A program made the position numbers and the translations under genes. A stretch of DNA of 64,000 nucleotides, from NCBI GenBank assembly GCA_012295275.1, contig CM022668.1, positions 9,424,001 to 9,488,000 of the forward strand, read 5' to 3'. This DNA comes from Chrysomallon squamiferum (Eukaryota > Animalia > Mollusca). The notes below the pieces were generated by a model, which saw only the letters and a program-made list of their open reading frames with translations, was not told the origin of the DNA and searched no databases. Of this stretch, positions 54,101-64,000 are shown piece after piece (positions within the stretch are counted from its first letter, which is position 1; every line of letters starts with the position of its first letter).

Positions 54101-57100
54101 AAATTTAAAAAAATGTAATTCTCATTTAAGCTTTATAGACAGTAAGGTTACTTTTCAATAATTCAAAAGAAATTGGCCAAAGATTAGGACATGTTTACAT
54201 AAGATTTTTTACAATCAAACATTTTAGATCAGTGTTTCTAGATATCATATTTATTACATCCCTCTATATTACACTGAAATTTTCAGATATTGTAAAATGG
54301 TTAAAGCTTGTTTACTGTCACATTTTCGTAAGTGTAAACTGGTATGGACAGCCCAAATGAAGTTTCAGTGTATTGGTTTACACTGAGAAGACAGATAAAA
54401 ACAAATTCCATTACTGAATTACTTCTATGACAAAAACAAACAAACAAAAAAATAGTTTTAAAAAAACAAAAAAACTGTTGTGTCATTCTGTATCAATAAT
54501 TGATAGAAACAAAACAAAAATTATAAACTGAAAAAGAAGAACAACCATGTTTCCACTAAATAAATACTTTGAAAATGTGTTGATAAATTTTTTCCTTTTT
54601 GAGGAAAAGACATAAATAAATAATAAATAAATAAATAATATTTAATCGTAATAATTATATCAAAATGTAAATAGCAACAAGGACATGATAACCTATATAT
54701 TGTGGGGCAAGGTATCTTGGTCCAACATCACATTATCTCAAAACTGTGTAAGGTAAACAATGCCTTCGTTGATTCATATTTTTCACAAGTTTTTAGTCAA
54801 ACAACTGTTAATAAGAATAGGCAAAAGAAATAGTTAATGTGTGATTTTTCATCCTAATTTAATCAAGAGGTAAGAAGTGGAAATTAATTTACCAGGATAA
54901 CAAACAGAAAACAAACAAAAAAACTGTAAAAAAGAAACCATCTAACCAAAAAAAAAATAATTAAGAAAATGAAGAAAAAAAATCGTCATTATTATATAAG
55001 CAATTATCTACTTTATAAAACACTAATGTGATAATTTTTACAAATCTGGGTTATCATAATGTTTAAAAATACAAACAAATAAATAATTTAAAATAACAAA
55101 ACTAAAACTTACCCTCTATAATGGACACTGTGAGCATTAAAGTAATGGAAATATTTGCTTACTGCAACTGTATTTAAAGAAACACTCCTACTTGATCACA
55201 ATGATACATCAGTAACATGAATACTTTATTTCGTTCTTCTTCTTTTTTTTTTTTTTAAAAGAGGAGAAAACAGAAAAGGTGAAACCTAGGTCACAAATGT
55301 GATCTGTGATATAAAATTTCAGCCGTGTTTTCACACATCACAAAAAGTAAATTACGTTCTTCTTTTTGTAAGGTTTAACATTAAGTTCAACTATAAAATA
55401 TATTATTTTTTAGTACATTTTTTAATTTTTTAACATGTTTTTTAATGAAGATCAGGTGTGCTCCATCACATGCACCATTCACTATTTGGTTTCAACTGCC
55501 ATGTACACACAACATCATTCTGTTTCTTTTTTCCTGTGTACTGTGCACTGTGCATAAAGCTACCTTTTCACTACTAGAGAGAAACCAGCTGTTAGTATAT
55601 TCCATTAATAAAAATTAATTTAATTCTGTTATAAAGTTTTATTAACTGGCTGATTATAATATGATACATTTCTATGATGAAAGATTATTTCGCAATGCTG
55701 GAATAGGCATCTGTATTGCATGCCATGTTAACTACTAAAACTTTAGTTGTGTAATTGTGAACAGTAACAATTTGTATAAATAAACCCTCCACTTTATGGT
55801 CAGTCATGAATTTTAGGTAAAGGATAATTAACCTATGGTAGTAGTAGTAGTAGTCATGGTGATGGTGCCAGTGGGGTCAGTGGTGACAATGATGTCATTA
55901 GTAACAGTGATGGTGGTGTAGTGGTAGTGGTAATGGTGGTAGTAGTAGTGATGATGTATTAGTAGTACCAGTAGCATAGTAGTAGCAGTTGTTACTATAA
56001 TAGTATAGATAACAATAGTGATCCTGGTAATAATTTCAAAAAATCATTTCAGCATCTTGTTAATAATATATGTCACTACTAAAAGCCACTTATAAAGAAT
56101 ATGTTGTGACAGTAGGGTATCCCCTATAAATTACATCCTAAGCTGACAGCAACTATAAAGTGGAAGTGTAATAGTTGGTGAAAGATTAAGTAAACTTGAC
56201 AATCAACACAACATTGATAAATCGCACTCCAAACAAAGATAAGTTAGCACTGTCCTCTTAACATCTTTTATTTTTTTTCCTTCCTTTCTTCTTTTATTGT
56301 CAAATAAAGTCTCTATATCAAGACACTGTAAATATATTCTCAAGATACAGTGACATAGTTATTTATAGTGATTACACATAGTAACATAAAATCTCAAGCA
56401 GATACAACATATAATATCATACAGACACCTATAGGTCAGCTATAATACCTGTGATAAGACATATCATGCAGACACCTATAAGTTTGGGTATAATACCATA
56501 CACACATCAGATGATATCTGTAGCTCAGTGCTTAGTATCAAAGTTACCTACAGTAACAGGATACAGTATTATTAGTAAGCTATTTACAATGATACGACTA
56601 TTATGACACACATGCATATGTATGCACACAGAGTAACAAAGGATTAAAAACGAATGATTATATGAAAACAAAGGGAAAAAATAAACACTTTATGAAAGAT
56701 GAAATAAATTTATTTAAAATAATGAGATGAAATTAAAGAAAGGAGTAAAAATGATAAAAGAACAAACATAAAGACAAAACAATGAGGAAAAATGAATACA
56801 AGGAAAGAAAAGAGAACAACAAGAATATGGCCTTCAGCTGAGTTCCCAACTTGGCATGGCACCCAGTCATCTACTGAAATGTTAGTGTATGACATAACTA
56901 ACAAACAGAGATTGGAATAAGTAAGTTCTGTTATTTAATATCTGTGGTTGGTAAATGTTAGTGTTAGATAATAATAATAATAATGACAATGATGGAAAAT
57001 ATAAGACAGTTATTTTTTAACTTTTAAATGGATGCATACTAGTAATTTAATTTCTATATATCCAAAGATTTGTTTATAAAAGTTAACAATGTTAAATTTA

Positions 57101-57949
57101 CTTCAAGTCACAGTAATATATAAATATAAAATGTACAGACTTTATAAAGATGTAATAAAAATGTTAATGTTATCTCTAGTCTCAGTAATATGTCAATATT
57201 ACTTGTATAAACTTTATAAAGATATAAAAAAATGTTATCTCTTGTGAAGTAATGTTTATTCTAGTTACCATCATCTCTCAATAATAATAATAATGTGTTG
57301 ATATTAGTTATTACATGTAGATTCTGTAAAGATATACACAATGCTACATTTAGTAATAGTGATGTGTTGACAGTACACATACAGTTTTTATAAATATATA
57401 GAAATGTTAACATTACCTCTGATGTATAGTTGTTTGATATAAAGATTCTATATAAAAAATATAAAAAAAAAATTAAAAAATTAAAATTATCTCTAATTAC
57501 AATTATACCTTGATGTCCATTAACTCGACTGTGGATGAGCCATACATTATACTATTTTGGGATGTGACAATATATTACTAGCTTATCTAGACGCAGGTAT
57601 AGTTACATAGACCACTATCACAACAAAGCCCGCTAGGATGAGATACAACAGATAATATTAATAAAAGCTTAACGGCTCACTAAGCTCATGATATATAGCC
57701 ACCTACCTACTTTTTGTTAACCCTAGGGACTTACAAGAAACACGAGTGCAGCAGACAAATATGTAAACAAAAGAAAACTGGTATGGGCATCTTTACTGCT
57801 TCCTCAAAATTTCTTTTTCTTTTTGTTTTTATTGTTTTTATTATTAATAATAATTACTGTGCATTTTATGATATGTTTTAATTGTTATTATTATTATTAA
57901 AAGGAGATAAAAAAAAAAACAAAAACAAAAAAACATAATAATAAATGAG

Positions 57950-58620
57950 TACCACCTGAACAACGGATGAAGCAGTATAGGCTATCACTAAAGTAACTAA
58001 CCAATAGTTGTGTTCTTTCAGCAGACGGCAGATTTTTCGTACGGTGTTGTTTGTTTTGGGGCCGGTTAGCGTGTTTCTGTTCACTAGACCTTAACAAAAC
58101 AAAACCATTACTAAATCCTAAAACGTGACAATTAATTTGTCAAACAGATCTGCAGTCTTGCGAACGTGGTTTACGTAACAACTAGAATGCATGCACTCGA
58201 TAATGTCAAATGCCAAACGAATGGAATAATCGTTCCACGAACCTTGATCGAACTGATGTTTCGTAACATTTCCCTAACTTAACGTCCATTCTGTCATTTC
58301 ATTTTATAATGATATTAAAGTACAAAGATCGGACAATGTCATAAGAATATGTTTGTAAATTAATTTCATTTCAAATGGAAAAAATAATAATAATCATATA
58401 GCAACCTTGGATAACCTACCTCACGTTTTTGAGAGCTTCCGCACAGCTGCCATTTGCTCATGCGCAGTATTGACCAGAAAAAAAAAAGGCGGCTTATGGA
58501 AGACCGCTTCAGACGCGTTGGCCTTTGATTGACGTCATCAATGGCTTGGTTAAAATAAATTACTGTTCTATATCTGTCACACATATACAATTACATTAAT
58601 ACGTAATATTGCGCGTATAC
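57950..58620 (-). promoter_or_regulatory. Candidate SLC4 promoter / first non-coding exon
   Basis: Locally CpG-rich. CRE TGACGTCA at 58530-58537, NRF1-like CATGCGCA at 58459-58466, YY1-like GCCATTT at about 58449, TTACGTAA at 58171-58178, and a possible minus-strand donor at about 57952-57955. Confidence 0.5.
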
Positions 58621-58750
58621 AAACAGCAAATTGTTGTTTGTTGTATCTTTTACCATCACTATTTTTGTCCGCAAACAAAGTCCTAAATTGTATCACTTAG
58701 GTCAGTGTTCTATACATAATTATATTAAAACAGAATTGTAGATGTAAAAT

Positions 58751-58804
<54 letters not shown>

Positions 58805-60077
58805 GCAACAAGAACAACAACAACATGAACAATAATTACTACTAATAACATATTTATATATAGTAGGCGAATATAAGTTTAAAAATAATTATAATAATAA
58901 TAATTCGTTTGTAAATGAATTGTTAAGTTACTTTGGATTGAAAGATCATAGTATATATATATATAAATAATAATAATAATAATAATATCAAATCTAGGTA
59001 CCAAAAAAGAGAATAAGCAATTAACATCATCTTAATTTATATGGACAGCAGACAAATTTGCATCTGTGAAAATACTTTAATTGTGATTTAATTTCTCTCT
59101 TTCACGTCTGGTTTTGGTTGACTATATTTCTTATTTTAGTCAGAAATAAGCTTGCACTAGCTGTGTAGTGACGTATATGTGGATAATGTTACATTAAGGC
59201 TCGGAATTAAAAGGCGGTGCCTCCGAGTTACAGATATTTGCGCAACAGCGAATGAACTTTACAGTTCTCTGAATTTTAATTAAAACAAAGTATGGCAAAT
59301 CCTTACTTTTAAGAAAATATAGCAGTTCGCTCAACAGCCAGGAAAAAGAGGAAGATAATTTGTTCTACGAATGAAAAAAGGAAAAACAATTATTTTACGG
59401 CTATCTGAAAACAAATGTCGTATAATGTTTGGAACAATGGAACAGTTTAATATGTGCAACAAGAAGATTCGAACCGGGAACCTTCATACATCAGGCAGTT
59501 TCTACTGCTCAGTTTCAAACAAAGGGACAGTTACAATGAGCATTTAAGAAGTATGTCGTTTTGGGAATTTAATTTGCGGTTTCTGTTTTTGATAATGTTG
59601 AAAAAGGAGATGTAAGTCGATAATGTTATCTTGTTTCAAAGTTATATCAACGAGCGTAGGAATTTCTTGTTCCTTTTCTATTTTTATCACGTGCGCGTGC
59701 ATCGAACCTTATCGCATGCCTCGGTTCAGTTTAAGAAGCAAGCCACATCACTAACAACAATAACAAATACATAAATAAATACAGCAACAAGAACAACAAC
59801 AGTAATGACAATAAGAACAACGACAAAGATAATAAAAATAAAATTAGTTCAAGTCAGTACAAAAGTGGGGCTTCATAACAAAACAAAAACCAAACAAAGG
59901 AATTAAACAAAGAAAACCTAAACGTTAACACGGAGATATCGATTTTCCAGAAGAAAAGCATCACAAAAGTTTTAGAATCTGTTGGATTTAAACGTCTAGT
60001 TTTTCGATAAAATATTAAATTACAAAAGAAGAAACAACTTTGGGAATCGTTTTTTTTTTTTTTTTTTTTTTTGTTTG

Positions 60078-60113
<36 letters not shown>

Positions 60114-60466
60114 TTTTTTTTTTTTTTTTATATTTATCTTATTACTATTAGTATTATTTTAATACTGACAGATGTCCTTGCGGCCGTTCCTTTCTCGCGC
60201 GCGGCACGTTCATGTCACGCGCACAATACGTGAACCCAGTGGGTCATGTATTCTATACGACTGTTATCTAACCGTTACGTGATACACGTTGTAATATATG
60301 CTGATAGCCAACTGACCGCTATTTAACTGTAACATCTACCACAAGAAACATACGGCGCAAAACCAGCTGGCACCAATTTGAAGCAGATTCAAAAAGCCGA
60401 CCCCAAAATAATGTTGACAGATATACGAGAGGACGAAAGTACTTTGGAATTCAATTACACTCACGT

Positions 60467-60512
<46 letters not shown>

Positions 60513-60608
60513 GACAAAAACAAACACAAAGAAAATAGTTAAAAAGAACTGTCATGTCACTCTGTATCAATAAATAAATAAATAAATAAATAAATGATGA
60601 TGATGACA

Positions 60609-60609
<1 letters not shown>

Positions 60610-60668
<59 letters not shown>
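60610..60668. repeat. (AAT)n microsatellite (one of many in the window)
   Basis: Seen directly. Confidence 0.9.
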
Positions 60669-60671
<3 letters not shown>

Positions 60672-62476
60672 TTAATTCATTTGTTATTTAATAAGTCTCT
60701 TGAAACACCATTCCGTTCAACTCAATAAAACAGCAATAACAATCTCAGTATCAAAATTCGTAGCTAATCAAAATAAGTTTATCAGTCAGTCAGTATCATA
60801 CGTATTAGTAATACTCACCGCTCTCTCGTGTTCAGACGAAGTAACCAACAGACTTAATAAGACAATGGACCGACTTGTGCATGAAGCTATAGTATGCGTA
60901 AATGCATTTTTCTGCATAGTTCCAAAGGTAAGAACAAGTAAAAGCGAGCAGAAGAAAGTAGAAGGTGAGTGAAAAACGATACACAGACATTCCTGCTACG
61001 AATAAAGTTCAGACTCAGCATCTTCTGACATAAATGTTACAGGCAGTTTTTGTTTATAGTGTAAGCTATTTTTTTCATCGAATATGCGTGCACGGTACAT
61101 ACTAATAACGTAACATTAACCTTAAAAAACTGTGTCAGTAATAATAAACATTTAACAACAAGAGTAACAACCGCAACAGCTGTTACGAACACTGAATGTA
61201 AATTATTGATTTAATATTAATTTGTTTGAATTTGACAACTGTATTTAGAAGGGCTTTGCAACAGAAAAAAAAAAAAAAAAAAAAAAAAAAGATATGTGAA
61301 ATTTTATTTTTTTTATTTTATTTCATTTTGTTGCTACTGTTGTTGTTGTTGTTACATTTGTTATTCTTTGTTAGCTCTACGCGACTCACTTCCGGAATGA
61401 CGCACCACTTTCTCCTGCGTTCACGCGTCTGCATTTTATACCTGTTAGAAATTTACATCACAAAACCTTTTTTTTTTAAAGTGTAGACTGACATATCAAC
61501 GAGTGCTTTCACGGTGGTATGTCTGGGCCGTGAGACCGGGTAAATAGAGTTGTATGTTATTAATGGTGACATTCAAAGCTATAATCTTGATCACAGCGAC
61601 AAATACTATAAACTCGCACGTATGTGCTCGTCCCCTCATAACCCGCCGTTTCTGCTTCGTTGATTCCTTTCTACGGAAAGGTGTCGTTAAGACGTCGTGT
61701 TTTGATAACATCTGTCAACACATTGCAATAATCCCAGCCGTAGTTACACGGGTATGGTAGAGATACGCGAACGTTTATGTAAGGTATACTGCACTGCACT
61801 GGGGCTAATATTAAATAGGTCTTCGTAACGTTTTAGAAATGCTTGGTCAAATATAGGTTCTGCTACGATCGCCCTAACTGCACTGAGGCAAGTGAGGCAA
61901 ATCAGCCCTCATACCGAAAAAGGAGAATTTTAAATATATATATATATATACACAAAAGATTTTATTTAAAAAATATAAAAAAATAAATCTCTTTTCCAAT
62001 AGATACGATATCCACTTTCAGGTCGGAGCTTTAGGTGGCCTTAGGCGGCCTTAGGCGGCGGCTCCCAAAACCCTGGCCACAGTTATTATTTTTATTTTTG
62101 GCCCGCTCTGCTCGTCGATTATGTGTTTTTGCCTCATTTCAAAAAGAGTCTAGTTGTGGCCATGGCTACGAATATTCATCTTAAATCAACCAGTATATTT
62201 CCTCATATCCAAAAATATATATCAACTATACATTATTTAGAACCGTCAATTACCCAGGTATATTTAATGTATAGGAAAACTGAATTATGTAATAATATAA
62301 GTAAGTGATATATTTATGTTATGAACACTTTGAACATTTGTATTACTATAAATAGCCAAGTGATCACGTGACTGGTTTCAGCGTTTAAAACAACTTTACG
62401 GCTAAAGCAATAGAGAGTAGAATTTTATTTGATTGTTATTACCCTTCGTCGATGTTAGTAAAGTCACGGAATTTAC

Positions 62477-62519
<43 letters not shown>

Positions 62520-62761
62520 TTTACGCAAATTCTGGATTTAGGGAGGGATTCATTAAAATAATTTAACACTCTGATCCGCTGAGTGCCATTTCCAACAAAC
62601 CAAGTTTTCAGTTTTAGTATAAACTGTGCATCTGAGAAAAAAAAAAAAAAAAAAAAATAAATAATAATAATAATAAAAATCTCAATATTTTGATAATTAA
62701 TTTCAAAACCATATGAATTTCAATATAAAACAAAACAAACAACAACAACAACAACAACAAC

Positions 62762-62798
<37 letters not shown>

Positions 62799-64000
62799 TA
62801 ATAATAATAATAATAGTAATAATAATAATAATAGTAATAATAATAATAATAACAACAACAACAATAAACAATTCAATTTTTTTTATTTTATAAAATGCTT
62901 TAAAAAAACTAACTAAATAAATAAATAAAAGGATACTTATAGAACGGCAGGTATGCAATTATTTCGCTTTGGCATTGTGATGAAAGAGCTCCATTATTAA
63001 AAAAAAAAAAATTATAAATAAAAGACAAATAATAAAAAGAAAAAAAAAAGAACAAAGGAAATAAACCAGAGACTCGTTGTTTGTGTCACTCTGTGTTCTC
63101 TCCATGTTTGTGACAAAATAAAACTGAACTGGCTGAAAATAAAAATCTCCCCCCCAGTTTCTTTTTCTTTTTTTTCAATTATCATTATTTTTACAAAACA
63201 AAATGTAGTACAAACTATAAATATGTTCTATACATTCCTCCAAATTTTCTGTAAAAACAAAAACTATAAATATGTTCTATACATTCCTATGAAATGTGTA
63301 TGGTAAAAGACATACAACAATACATAATGGCAAACATAAAATAGAAAAGTAAATAAAATCTTAGCATATGTGCATTTTCTATCCCTAAATAGTTATGACG
63401 TATTTACATTTTATAGAAATAATTTTGTCCAGATATTCCACTTTTCTTCATATTTAATTGTTCCGATATTTATCTTACAAATATATTTATCTGTATAATA
63501 ATACATTTTCAGATTATTTTGGAATTAGTTAAAATTAGTTGTTGGTGTTTTCACTTTGATTTATAAACGTACTGCTTGCCTATTGATTTGGGTTGTTTGA
63601 AATAAACACACTTTTGTTATATCAATGGTTTCCAAATGTCTGAACACGTTTAACTATCTTGTCCCTTCTATAAACGTAACTTCACATTTTTCCATTGTAA
63701 ACTGAAATGATGGTTTTATATTTGACTTTGTATGCAAACATATTTTTTCCAAAAAATTCACTTTATGCTTATCTTATAATAAACACATTTTTATCTTTAA
63801 TATGTCTTGTCCCTTGTAACTCACATTTTTTTTCTAGAAAGTTTGACAAAACTTTTTCCAAAAGGGATTTTATCAGCGATTTTGCTTTGCTATGCGCTGA
63901 CGTCAAAACTAATTTTACTGAAGCTCTAGATTGTAAACAATTACTCAAAAGTAAGGCAATGTCTTGCTTCAAATACATACTTTTTTCCACGATGTCTTTA

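Noticed and set aside
59461-59515. tRNA gene (reverse B-box gattcgaacc)
   Set aside because: No cloverleaf can be formed. At most a decayed tRNA-derived SINE head.
61865-62105. Non-autonomous DNA transposon (tgaggcaa and ttaggcggcc short repeats)
   Set aside because: I could not define TIRs or a target-site duplication.

Overview
AT-rich eukaryotic (animal, probably molluscan; inferred) genomic DNA, rich in microsatellites. It is occupied by one multi-exon minus-strand gene for a Na+-coupled SLC4 bicarbonate transporter (NDCBE/NBCn, SLC4A7/8/10-like; Ndae1 clade). I traced the CDS by hand from ATG 29493 to TGA 2328 with GT-AG boundaries and consistent phases (about 1160 aa without optional exons, C-terminal PDZ ligand ESKV). 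Candidate 5'-UTR exons lie at about 45.3 kb and 58 kb, and the sequence becomes CpG-richer and promoter-like beyond about 57.5 kb. There are three main oddities. (1) A 2-kb minisatellite is built from the TM12 exon's own intron/exon junction, giving 28 decoy splice acceptors; a smaller case occurs at a second exon. (2) Two tandemly duplicated, phase-identical exons 50 nt apart must be mutually exclusive. (3) The conserved TM7 exon is absent from its intron, leaving an in-frame gap. Also present are candidate cassette/micro-exons and a Tc2-like MITE. No prokaryotic features or CRISPR arrays were seen. Most listed ORFs are low-complexity artefacts.
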